55,983 nucleotides of DNA from Endomicrobiia bacterium. GTDB lineage: Bacteria > Elusimicrobiota > Endomicrobiia > DTEH01. The translations under genes and the position numbers were made by a program. Position 1 is the first letter of the stretch. Each line of letters begins with the position of its first letter. Below, piece after piece: positions 38,494 to 49,000 of this stretch. The notes under the pieces were generated by a model. The model made no database searches and was not told the DNA's origin. It worked only from the letters and a program-made list of their open reading frames with translations. The DNA lies in NCBI GenBank assembly GCA_025060535.1, contig JANXCA010000003.1, positions 1-55,983 of the forward strand, in the 5' to 3' direction.

Positions 38494-40866
38494 TTAATGT
38501 ATGACTAAAATTATTCCTTTTTTATGTGTGGTTTTATCTATATAGAAATAAACTCCTGGTTTTACTAAATTACCATCTCGATCCTTTCCTTCCCACTCTT
38601 TTGTTTTTAGATTTAATTTAAAATCTCCCTTCTGAGAAAATATCTGAATATTATCTGATGGGAAGATTATTTTGTCGTTTATACCATCCTTTTTCAAAGA
38701 CAATAGATAAATTTTGTTGTTAGTAAAACCACTATCAGGGATATTGAAGTTATCATCTAAGTTATCTGGAATATTATCTGTAATATTGTTAACTATAATA
38801 TTAAAATTGAAGTAAGAAGCTTGGTTTCTATTATCATATGCTATTACACTTAATATATATTCACCATTAGGAAAGTCAGCTATATCGATTTGAGGTTGCC
38901 ATATAAATTCAGAAGATGTAATGGAAGTGCTTGCTACTAAGATATTTGAAATGTAAATTTCTATCTTAGTAAGGCCAAAATCATCAGAAACATTAATTGT
39001 TAGATTAATTGTATCTGAAAATGAAGTAGTGGATAAAATCACATCTAAAGAAGGAGGATTATCTCCAGTTATGTTGTTTATGTTTATAGTTATTTGTGCT
39101 ATAACAGTTGTAGTAATAGAAACTCCAACGGCTCTAATAGTATGGGTCCCATTACTATAATCAAAGGTATTTAATATAAATGTGTAAGGAGGATTAATTT
39201 TTGAACCTATAAAGTTATTGTCTAAAAAAAGATCTACTTTGTAAATATCTGTTGATGTTTGAATATAAATTGTCGTGTGACCTGTAAGAGTTTGATTATT
39301 TAAAGGTGAAATTATATTTAGGTAGGTAGTAAAAGAAGACTGTTGAGTATTATTTATTGTGATATTTATTTCTTTTTGTGCTGTTTTATTAGAAGTATCA
39401 TACGCAACTACTCTGAGGACATAATTACCATTTTGGTATAAATTTGTATTCAAGTTGTAGTTAATTGTAGATGTTGAAACCTCTATTAATTTTGTTTGAT
39501 TTATATATAACTCCATCTTTGAAATACCTTTATCATCTGAAGCAGAAGCAGAAACTAAAACAACTCCTGAAACAACTGCGTTGTTAGATGGAGAAGTTAT
39601 ATTTACTGAAGGAGGGCGGTCTATCTGTTGTTGAGAGGTAGAGGAGGTAATAAGAGGTGCCAAGTAGGGTCTTAAGACATCCATCTTCCATTCATGAACG
39701 GAAACCCAGTCATCCTGAAGAATTCCTCCTGTATCACCTGAATTAGGATTAATACACCAAAATGTCCAAGAGTACTTACCTCCCATATATTTCATAAATT
39801 CAGTAAACCAAGTATAAGCTACTGTGTTGGACTGATTTTTAATTCCAAACTCACCTACTAAAAGATGACAAATTCCTTCATCATATATATATCCGAAAAA
39901 TTTGTTCCAAAGAGATGGCATATTATTAGGAAAAGATGGATCACTAAACCATGACTGATTATATACTTCTGGCCCATATTCATGAGGAGAATAAACTAAC
40001 TTCTCGGGTTTAATTAGATTAATTGGTCTATGTCTTACTCCTATAAGATTTCCTCCCCACCAATAAAAATCATTCTGATATTGTTCAACACCTTCAACTA
40101 TTATTAACCAATCAGGATTTACTCGTAAAATTGCATTACCACATCTCTCTGCGGCTGCTGCCCAGTCAGTAGTTTGAGCCCAAGCTGTATAATACTGAGG
40201 AAGCTCATATCCCCAACTTGCGGGCGGCTTCATTCCCATACCAGTGTTTCCATGAGGTTCGTTATCTAAATCAGCTCCGATCACTGTAGGATTACCTTTA
40301 TATCTTTCTGCTAAAAATACCCAATCTGCAATCCATTGCTCCTCAGAAAAATCTTGTGTGTACCAAAGTGTCTCATTCATATATCCATCTGCTTTTCTTG
40401 AGTGATTATCTAATATAATCTTTAATCCATATTTTCCTGCTTCTTCTATTATTTTGTCTAAAACCTGAAGTGGAGTAAGTCCTTCTAAATCCAAGTTAAG
40501 GCCTGTAAATCCTTCTGGTGCTTGTGGGTAAAGCTTAATTCCTTTCTTAGAAGCATAAGCATCATTCCCATAAGCATTAATTTGAATACCTGAGGGAGAT
40601 GTTTTTCTTAACATCTCATTACACCAAGGAATTCTTATACAATTAAAGCCTAAATCTCTAATCTGCATTATCATTGATTTATAGTCTCTCGTCCACAAAC
40701 CATGAGGAGCACAGTTGCCTGTCTCTAAACCAAACCAATTTACTCCTGTAAGACGAACTTCATTGCCATTTTCATCGTAAAGTTTATTACCTATTACTTT
40801 AAGAAATGAAGCTTCTGAAAAAGAAAAAACAAAAATGATTATTAAAAATTTTATCATAAACTTCAT
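38494..40866 (-). CDS. GH5 endoglucanase (GH5_1-like) + 3 Ig-like repeats + CTD
   Basis: LTGVNWFGLET...PHGLW.RDY, GFNCIRIPW, ILDNH, DNEPH (acid/base), WWGGNL, VYSPHEYGP, VGEFG (nucleophile), NPNSGDTGGIL.DDW. C-terminus DGINDKI...WEGKDRDGNLVKPGVYFY. Confidence 0.93.
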   Translation of the reverse strand: MKFMIKFLIIIFVFSFSEASFLKVIGNKLYDENGNEVRLTGVNWFGLETGNCAPHGLWTRDYKSMIMQIRDLGFNCIRIPWCNEMLRKTSPSGIQINAYGNDAYASKKGIKLYPQAPEGFTGLNLDLEGLTPLQVLDKIIEEAGKYGLKIILDNHSRKADGYMNETLWYTQDFSEEQWIADWVFLAERYKGNPTVIGADLDNEPHGNTGMGMKPPASWGYELPQYYTAWAQTTDWAAAAERCGNAILRVNPDWLIIVEGVEQYQNDFYWWGGNLIGVRHRPINLIKPEKLVYSPHEYGPEVYNQSWFSDPSFPNNMPSLWNKFFGYIYDEGICHLLVGEFGIKNQSNTVAYTWFTEFMKYMGGKYSWTFWCINPNSGDTGGILQDDWVSVHEWKMDVLRPYLAPLITSSTSQQQIDRPPSVNITSPSNNAVVSGVVLVSASASDDKGISKMELYINQTKLIEVSTSTINYNLNTNLYQNGNYVLRVVAYDTSNKTAQKEINITINNTQQSSFTTYLNIISPLNNQTLTGHTTIYIQTSTDIYKVDLFLDNNFIGSKINPPYTFILNTFDYSNGTHTIRAVGVSITTTVIAQITININNITGDNPPSLDVILSTTSFSDTINLTINVSDDFGLTKIEIYISNILVASTSITSSEFIWQPQIDIADFPNGEYILSVIAYDNRNQASYFNFNIIVNNITDNIPDNLDDNFNIPDSGFTNNKIYLLSLKKDGINDKIIFPSDNIQIFSQKGDFKLNLKTKEWEGKDRDGNLVKPGVYFYIDKTTHKKGIILVIH

Positions 40867-40869
40867 ATT

Positions 40870-41850
40870 TTAAAAGTTGTAGCCTAAAGATACAAAATGA
40901 TTTTTTTCGTTTAAACTATTAATAATTTTAATAGCATAATCAATAAATATATTTTCTTTTAATATCGCTCCTACTCCAAATGAAAGAAACTCCGTTGGAT
41001 GTTCTTGAGAAATACTTACTTTAGAAAATCCTCCTCTTAAAAAATATTTACTTAAGTATGAAAGTTCTCCTCCCATGGAAAAATATCCATTTGAGGTATT
41101 ACCTATATCAAGGCCAATTTTTATATTTGTAGTCCTGTTAAATTTATATGTATAGTTAACCCCACCTTCGAAACTTAGATTAATAGATTCTTTATATCCT
41201 GTAGACCAAACTGCTGAGGTATTTACTAAATTATTTACTTTAAAGGAAAAACTTAAATAATTTTTTAAAAAATAAGAAAAAGAAATATCCAAAGTCGTTA
41301 CATTTGCAGAAATGTTATTGATTTTACTAAACATATATTTTATAGACCCACCTACGCAAAGGTTTTTAAGAGGTCTTGCTATTGATAAACAAACTACTAA
41401 ATTAGAATTATTGGTTTTTAGTAAATTCTCCTCTTGATATATTATTTCTTCTCCAACATCTTTTATGCCATTTTGGTTTATATCATAAAATTCTAAATTT
41501 GTAGTGTCTAATAAATCTATATCATTATAAAATACACAAATCCCTAAGTTATGAATTTTAGTAGTTTTATAGAAATTTGAATTTTTTGGAGTCTTATATA
41601 AAAAACTTAATGATAAATTATTCAAAATTCCATCTAATACTGAAGAATAAAACACTGAAATTAAATTTTTATCATAAGCCATATTAGATGGATTATTAAA
41701 AATACTATTTACAATATCATCAGATGCTAATGAAGCAACCATTCCTATACTTTTTGCTGAATTTTTTGAAACACTAAGTTCTTCAAAAAAGTTAGAAGCA
41801 AATAATCTAGTTGTGAATAAAATTAAAAACAAGAAGTTCTTACTTTTCAT
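40870..41850 (-). CDS. PorV-like outer-membrane beta-barrel
   Basis: Signal peptide; SAKSIGM...NSIFNNPS; FLRGG; ends HFVSLGYNF (aromatic beta-signal). Confidence 0.7.
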   Translation of the reverse strand: MKSKNFLFLILFTTRLFASNFFEELSVSKNSAKSIGMVASLASDDIVNSIFNNPSNMAYDKNLISVFYSSVLDGILNNLSLSFLYKTPKNSNFYKTTKIHNLGICVFYNDIDLLDTTNLEFYDINQNGIKDVGEEIIYQEENLLKTNNSNLVVCLSIARPLKNLCVGGSIKYMFSKINNISANVTTLDISFSYFLKNYLSFSFKVNNLVNTSAVWSTGYKESINLSFEGGVNYTYKFNRTTNIKIGLDIGNTSNGYFSMGGELSYLSKYFLRGGFSKVSISQEHPTEFLSFGVGAILKENIFIDYAIKIINSLNEKNHFVSLGYNF

Positions 41851-41855
41851 GTTAT

Positions 41856-43754
41856 TTATTCTCCTTCATAAAACATTGCATAGTATCCATAAGCTAAAGC
41901 CATAGCTATCTGTTGCCAAGTTCTATGATATTTATATTTAGGTGGAGGATTTTTTTGATTATATGGACCTTTAGGAGGAAGTGGTTCTCCATAATCAGGC
42001 CTTGTTTCAAAAAATCTCACACCCTCTTTAAGTTCTTTTCCCCAAGGAAAAACTTTTTTTACTCCTTTTGGAAGAGGTACAACTTGCTCCCAAAATCTTG
42101 CGTAATCGGCTCTTTCTTCTTCTGTAACAATACCTTTATCATCTCTATATCTTTCCCACATAATATCTAAAATTTTTTTTGCTATTTGCTGCGCTTCTGG
42201 TTGAGGTTTGTTAAACCATCTTCTGTTAGCTTGATCCCAAAATATCAAACACTTCACAAAAGCTCCTATTAGTCCTACATCTTTTCCATATCCTGTAACT
42301 TTACATTTTAAATCTTTTGGAGAATTATCTGCAGAACCTTCCCAGTCAATCCCTACAGGAATTTCTATATCATTATCTTTCAGTTTCATTTCTTTTAAAG
42401 CCCACTCTTTAAGCCATTTTTCACATATTTTGAATGCTTTTTTGTCTCCTGAAGCATATATGTATTGAAAAACTCTTTCCATCAACCAATACTGCCAACC
42501 CGACCAGGTGTTGCTTGGCGGATCTAAAAATACAGGATGTTGACAATACTGCATACCATAAAAAGGCCCGTTAGGTCTATCCCAATCATTTACCACTCCT
42601 CCACCAATGGCTCCATTTAAAGCTTGACAAAATTCAATAAGCTCTATTTGTCTTTTTAATGATTTATCCCAATCGTCAACTCCTATCTTTGCAAGATAAT
42701 AAGCACCAAGAGGATTTTGATATCCACAATGTATCTGGCTACAACCTATTCTCCAAGCCCATTTCTCATTTAAGGCTGCCCCCCATGCTATATACCAGGA
42801 AATTAAATAATGACAACTATCATAACCTTTACCAGGAGTCCTTCCTGCTCCAATTTTTTTGAAATACTTATCAAACATACAATATCTCAACCAATCTCCC
42901 ATCTCATACATTTTCAATCTATAATCGGATATTTTTCCCCATTTTTGTTGTTTTGCAAACTCTTCAGCCCAGTAAAACGCCTGAGCAACTCTTGCTTCTG
43001 CATCTGGTGCACAAGTATATCTCCACTGAGTTGCATTTGATTGCACAAACAAATCAACGAAACCCTGAGGTTTGTTGGTATAGTTTTCAATAGAAGGATG
43101 AGGAATTGTCTCCCAAGTAGACTCATTAGGTCCTCTTTGGAAAAGATTCACAAACACAGCTCTTTTTCTTCCACCTGAATATTTACTAAATCCATACCAG
43201 TCATCTACATCTAAAAGCCAATGCATAAGATACATCTGATGGCCATATTTGGCTGTAACATCATCAAGAGGATCCATACCCACAGGTTCATCAAAAATCA
43301 CCGGTGCTGGAAACTTATAAGGGTCTAAGTATTCAGGTACGTAAGAAGCGGGTTTATCAAAGTTATACGCGTCCATATTTAATTGTTCTGTCTTTTTATC
43401 TGGAATAAAGTATTTTTCCATTACATACCAAGACTTCTCAAAAGGTTTCCAATCCTTTGTAAAATAAGCATAAAGTACATCTAACCATATTAAAAATGAA
43501 ATTGCCTCACTTGTAGAATGCCGTCCGTAATCGTGTGCTTCTATAATTAATTTTTCAATACTGTGATAAGGAATTCCCTCTTGAGAGATATACCCATTTG
43601 CTGGATCATAGATTTCATTATACAATTCAAGAAACTTCTCCTTATATGATTTTATTCTTTGTTTTTCAGCAGAGATTTTAACTATATTTTCACTTGTGAA
43701 GCTTAAAGAATAATATAGTATTAGAAATAAAATAAAAAAATTTTTTATTTTCAT
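41856..43754 (-). CDS. GH48 cellulase (catalytic module only)
   Basis: EGIPYHSIE.LIIEA.DYG..STSEA, MHWLLDVDDWYGF, FQRGPNESTWETIPHP, QWRYT.APDAEAR, MGDWLRY.MFDKYF, HYLISWY.AWG, GYQNP, YHRTWQQ; signal peptide. Confidence 0.95.
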   Translation of the reverse strand: MKIKNFFILFLILYYSLSFTSENIVKISAEKQRIKSYKEKFLELYNEIYDPANGYISQEGIPYHSIEKLIIEAHDYGRHSTSEAISFLIWLDVLYAYFTKDWKPFEKSWYVMEKYFIPDKKTEQLNMDAYNFDKPASYVPEYLDPYKFPAPVIFDEPVGMDPLDDVTAKYGHQMYLMHWLLDVDDWYGFSKYSGGRKRAVFVNLFQRGPNESTWETIPHPSIENYTNKPQGFVDLFVQSNATQWRYTCAPDAEARVAQAFYWAEEFAKQQKWGKISDYRLKMYEMGDWLRYCMFDKYFKKIGAGRTPGKGYDSCHYLISWYIAWGAALNEKWAWRIGCSQIHCGYQNPLGAYYLAKIGVDDWDKSLKRQIELIEFCQALNGAIGGGVVNDWDRPNGPFYGMQYCQHPVFLDPPSNTWSGWQYWLMERVFQYIYASGDKKAFKICEKWLKEWALKEMKLKDNDIEIPVGIDWEGSADNSPKDLKCKVTGYGKDVGLIGAFVKCLIFWDQANRRWFNKPQPEAQQIAKKILDIMWERYRDDKGIVTEEERADYARFWEQVVPLPKGVKKVFPWGKELKEGVRFFETRPDYGEPLPPKGPYNQKNPPPKYKYHRTWQQIAMALAYGYYAMFYEGE

Positions 43755-43792
43755 TTATTCTCCATTTTTACTTGTGTTATCTTGTATTATCA

Positions 43793-43819
43793 ATTATAAA
43801 ATATAAAAACACTTGTCAA
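43793..43819 (-). promoter_or_regulatory. Candidate promoter for the GH48-barrel-GH5 unit
   Basis: Perfect TTGACA and perfect TATAAT separated by 15 nt; GGAG SD downstream. Confidence 0.5.
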
Positions 43820-43870
43820 TACTTTATTTAATTTAAAAGATAAAAACTTAAAGAAAAGAAAATTTTTTAA

Positions 43871-46003
43871 TTAACTCTCAGGCAAGATTATAAGTTCTTC
43901 AACTTCAAATTCTAACATATCTTTATTAAAAATAGAGTTTTTCTCAAACTTAAGTAAGCTAATAGAATACCTCTTAGAATCAAAAACTAATGAGGTGTTT
44001 TTTTGAGAAAAATCTATCTCTAACTTTATAGGTATATCGAAGTTATTTTTATTTACAATTATTATGTTTATTTTGTCATCAAACTTGTTCGCATATAAAC
44101 TTATATTTTTGTTACTTAAATTAGTTGTGTTCAAAACATAACCTTTATTAAAATTTTCTGAAAAAATTTTGAACACATAATAATTTACATTCTCTTCATC
44201 AGATTCGTTTATCATTCCAAATCCTCCTTCATAATCATTCAGACAAAACTGCATAATATAGTCTACTCCATATTTAGCAGATATTCCATAAATATCAGCC
44301 ATAAACAATGGTCTTACTACATTTGGATAGTTTACTTTTCCCATTGAATCCACATTTATTTCTGTTATCGCTAACTCTAAAGAAGGATTGTATCTTGAAA
44401 TCCATTCATTAAATCTTGGAATTACTCTGGTAATTATGCCTCTTACCTGATTGTAATCATAATAATTTATATATTCTTCATCCCAAAAAGTTCTTGTAGA
44501 TTCTAACATTTTTTCTGTTCCTTGAGGAATAAAATCATATGGATCTTCCCAGTTGATTCTAAATCTTGGATAAATATGAAAAGATACAACATCTATTAAA
44601 CGATATCCTTTAGGATTTTCCTTTTTATTTCTTTCAAATTCAGCACATTTCTTAATTAAATAATCAACTGCTCCTTCACAACCATTGTAAGTTATATCTC
44701 CATAAGTCCCCCAATCTAACCAAGAAGTACATATGGCTGGTGCAAAAATTTTTAAAGGTTTTTTAGATACTTTACTCTGTGCCTCACGCATTGCAATGAC
44801 AAATTTTTTCAACTTCTCAAAGTATTCAGATATGCTTATTGGTTTTTGTTGGACATCTTTGTGTGTAAGATGCCATATGCAAGGCTCATTATCCATTTCA
44901 AAAAATGTTACATCGTATTTTTTTATACCATTCAGATAATAAACTAAATCTGCTGCGTCTTTTTCATCCATACAAAATTCAAAATTGTCATTTTTTTCAT
45001 TAGGTGCATATCCTAACATATTAATCTGAATCAAAGGCTCTGCTCCTATCCTTCTTGAATACTCAACAAACTCATCTATCTTAGGAAGCTCATACACATA
45101 AGTTTCTCCAATAGAAGTGTCTCTATACCTTGAGGTTCTCCAGTTATATCTACTCATTAAGTTTCCACCTGCTCTTAAAACTTTTATATTAAGAGCTTTT
45201 ACTAAGTCCTCATTTGGAAAAGAAAATAACCACATACCCCAGTTAGTTCCGTAAAGATTTGCTGAAATCTTACCATTAGTGTTTTTGTATGGTGGATTAA
45301 AAACTTCATTATAAAAAACTTTAGCTTCTAATGAATAGTTTTTAATAGATTCAGACTTATTAATTGTAATTTTATATTTATTAAAAACATAATCTTTTTT
45401 AGGGTGATATTCCTTACTAAACTGTCTAACAAAAGAAATTTTATCTATATATATAAACCCTTTCTCTCCACTTATTCCAGATTTTGAAAATTCCAAACCA
45501 ACTACTTTGTCTAATTCTACCTCAGGGTTAAAACCTTTGTTTCTTCCTTTCCACCATCCTACTATTTTAAACTTTCTAAAGGGAATTACAATTAATTCCC
45601 AAGAAGTTGAAATTTTTATCACATACTGGTTGTATTTATTAATGTTTAAGTTTTTATCTTTGGTGACTAAATTTATGAGGACATATTCCTTAAAATTTGA
45701 ACTTTTTATTTTAAATTGTAAAGCTTGATAGTCTAAAAGATTAATTGGAGACTCAAAACTTTTTCCAACAGTAGTATAACACCACTCCCATTTGTCTGTT
45801 TTCTGTAGTGAATACTCCCACTTAAGCACATTCTCATTTTCTTCTTTTATAACTTCAGCTTTACAAGTAGAAGCTCCTCCACTAATTTGATCACCTACAA
45901 AATACCAATTTTTAAGTGGTTGATTAAAGTCTTCAATTATAATATCTTGACCAAAAACTATATTAAAAAACATTAATATAAACAAAAACATTAATATAAA
46001 CAT
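43871..46003 (-). CDS. CBM11/CIA30-like module + GH44-like endoglucanase/xyloglucanase
   Basis: Signal peptide; IIEDF...W..IVIPF..F...IYIDKISF (CBM-like jelly roll); R.GGN.MSRYNW, MDNEPCIWHLTH (acid/base), DVVSFHIYP, TRTFWDEEY, LAITE (nucleophile). No CTD. Confidence 0.8.
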   Translation of the reverse strand: MFILMFLFILMFFNIVFGQDIIIEDFNQPLKNWYFVGDQISGGASTCKAEVIKEENENVLKWEYSLQKTDKWEWCYTTVGKSFESPINLLDYQALQFKIKSSNFKEYVLINLVTKDKNLNINKYNQYVIKISTSWELIVIPFRKFKIVGWWKGRNKGFNPEVELDKVVGLEFSKSGISGEKGFIYIDKISFVRQFSKEYHPKKDYVFNKYKITINKSESIKNYSLEAKVFYNEVFNPPYKNTNGKISANLYGTNWGMWLFSFPNEDLVKALNIKVLRAGGNLMSRYNWRTSRYRDTSIGETYVYELPKIDEFVEYSRRIGAEPLIQINMLGYAPNEKNDNFEFCMDEKDAADLVYYLNGIKKYDVTFFEMDNEPCIWHLTHKDVQQKPISISEYFEKLKKFVIAMREAQSKVSKKPLKIFAPAICTSWLDWGTYGDITYNGCEGAVDYLIKKCAEFERNKKENPKGYRLIDVVSFHIYPRFRINWEDPYDFIPQGTEKMLESTRTFWDEEYINYYDYNQVRGIITRVIPRFNEWISRYNPSLELAITEINVDSMGKVNYPNVVRPLFMADIYGISAKYGVDYIMQFCLNDYEGGFGMINESDEENVNYYVFKIFSENFNKGYVLNTTNLSNKNISLYANKFDDKINIIIVNKNNFDIPIKLEIDFSQKNTSLVFDSKRYSISLLKFEKNSIFNKDMLEFEVEELIILPES

Positions 46004-46023
46004 ATATAAAATTTATCTCCTTT

Positions 46024-49000
46024 TTATTTTAAAACATAAATAACTCCATAAGTAATATTATTAGAATTCATCTTTTTAATTGAATATAAATAAAATCCAC
46101 TTCTTACATAATCTCCATTTATAGTCTTTCCATCCCATTTATTTTGATGGGTAGTTTGATATACTAACTCCCCTTTAACATTATAGATTTTTAATTCTTC
46201 TATATATTCGCCAAATTCTATTACATTGTTAATGTTATCTTCGTCTAATGTCAGAACTATTTTATCTTTTATATTATCTACTATAAACTCTATTATTTCA
46301 AAAGAAACTTGACCGGAGTTATCATAACTTATAATTTTTAACTGATGTAAACCATCAGACAAAAGTTGAGTATTATAATTAAACACATAAATTCCTGAAG
46401 AGGCAAAAGTAGTATAGGTTTCTACCAATTTCTCATCAATAAGAAATTCTATTTTTACTACTTTATAGTCATCTAAGAATATAACTTCTGTAGTTAAAAC
46501 TCCAGATATTCTTATACCATTACTCAAACCTGTAAGGATTATTTGGGGTTTTTCATCTTGATTAGAAATAGTAATTATTATTGTCTTTTCTGCTAAGTTA
46601 TTAGCTATATCAGATGCTTTCGCAGTCAATATATATAGAGCATTTGGATAATTTTTAGTATTTAATGAAAAAATCAAAGATGTTGTAGGCGTTGATATAT
46701 TTAAAATTTCTTCATTGTTTGAATTTAGCATTTTCAACTCTAAAAAAGATAAAGAATTTACATCATACGCTTCTATTTGGAAACTACAAATGCTTGAAAC
46801 AACTGAATTGTTTGTTGGAGTTACAAAGTTTATTGTAGGAGGTGTATTGTCTATTATTAGATTTTTAACGATTGTTGTAGATTGTGTTAGGGAATCATAT
46901 ATTTTTATACTAATTTGAAAATTACCATCGCTAAACTTTGTAGTGTCTAATTCATATTCATAAGAAAAATTGTCGGAAGTGATGTTAAATGAGGAAATAA
47001 AATTATTATTATGATAGATCCATAAAGAATTTAATAATTTATCATCTTTTGCTTGAATTTGTATTTGGACTTTTTTTGAAAGTATACTATGAGTGGATTT
47101 AACTATAATTGCTCCCTCGGGTGGCTTATCATTTGTATTATTTATAATTACTTCTAAAGAAGTTTTAGAAAAATTATTAACTTTATCATAGATGATAAAT
47201 TCTAATAAATATCTCCCATCTGGATAATTAGTAGTATGCCAAAGTAGAGAATAAGGAGGATAAGTTGATATTTGAGTTAAAGAGTTATTTATATAAAATT
47301 CTATTTTTTCTATACTAAAGTTATCCGTAGCCGAAAGGTTAATTTTTATGGTTCCAGAAACAATCTGATTATTGTATAAATTTATATTTGTAATTGTTGG
47401 TGATTGATTGTCTACATATACAACTACTTGTTTAGATACAGAATTTCCAATTTTGTCATAAGCAGTAATTCTTATAGTTGAGGTAGAGGAAAATTGATTA
47501 GTGTTCCATAAGTACAAAAAGTAAGTAGAACTTTGTTGAAGGTCTTTTGTCAATATTAGATTTGAATTAATAAAAACTTCAAATTTTGAAAGTAAATAAT
47601 TGTCAGACGCAGAAAAAGAAATCGTAGAAATTTTTGAAACATATGAGAAATTAAGTGGAAATTCTATTGTTAAGTGTGGTGATGTATTATCAATTATAAC
47701 ATTTACAACACTAAAAGTTGACTGTCCTACAGTATCATAGACAATAACACCAATTTTATGCTGTGCGTCTTGAAGTAAAGTGGTATTAATAGAATAACTA
47801 AATGGATATGAAGTCTTAGTAGAAACACATACATCATTTATGTAATATTCTATCTTTGAGATTCCTTTGTCATCAGAATAAACTAAAGGCACCAAAATAG
47901 TTCCAGAAATTATTTGATTTTCATAAAGCAACAATCTACAGCTGGGAGGATCATCTATGTTGTCAAAGTAAACAATGTATTCAACTTGAGATGTTTGATT
48001 TTGAGTATCATAAGCTATAGATTTTATAGTATGTCTTCCATCCGAATATAAGGATGTGTTTAAAGTGTAGCTTAAAGATGTGGTATTATTAAATGTAGTA
48101 TTATTAACTAAATAAAGCAAGCTATTATCTAAGTAAAGTTCTATTTTTGATATACCTCTATCATCTGAAGCTAAAACTTGAATATTTATTGTAGCTTGTA
48201 ATGTAGTAGCATTCTGGAGATTAACAAAACTAACACTTGGAGGTGAATCTATGTTGTCAACATAAACTTTTAATTGTTGTTGAGTAGAGAGGTTGTCTGT
48301 ATCATATACTACAATCTTTAATGTATATTCTCCATCAGAATAACTCTGTGTGTTCCAAGTATATGAATAAGGTGGTGAGGTTTTTGTATAAATGTTAACA
48401 TTATTTATATAAAACTCAACCTTTGTTATTCCTACATCATCAGTAGCTGAAACTGTTATATTTACTGTTCCCTGTACTGTAGAACCATTTATAAGTGATA
48501 TTGATTGGATTGTAGGAGGTTCTTTAGTGTTGTTGACTATTACCCACACTTTTTTTGTATCGCTTGAACCAGAATTAGTATAACCTACAACTTTAAGCTC
48601 ATATCCACCATCTGAATCTTGAGTTGTATTCCAAAGCCAACTATATGGTGAGGTTGTGTCTGTAGATCTTAAAACATTGTTTACATAAAACTCCACTCTA
48701 TTTACTGTATTTGCTGTATATACATTCACAACTACATTAGTACTTCCTTCTACTATACTTCCTGAAGAAGGATTTACAATATATAAATTTATCGTATCTG
48801 ATGTAGCCCAAAGATTAGGAAAATTTCCTGTAATAACTAATAAAGTTAACACTCTTAAGGAATCGTTATAATAATTATTTGGTATAAAATTTGCAAGTTT
48901 ATTATACAAACTATTAAGCCAACTTTGCAAACTACTATCACACATAGCAGCTACTGCAAAAGGTCCTACAAAAGCAGCGTTATTCCACTGACCGATAGTG

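Noticed and set aside
5737-43126. Short minus-strand ORFs 5737-5925, 37396-37590 and 42914-43126
   Set aside because: Out-of-frame ORFs nested in long intact genes, with no recognisable motifs or RBS.
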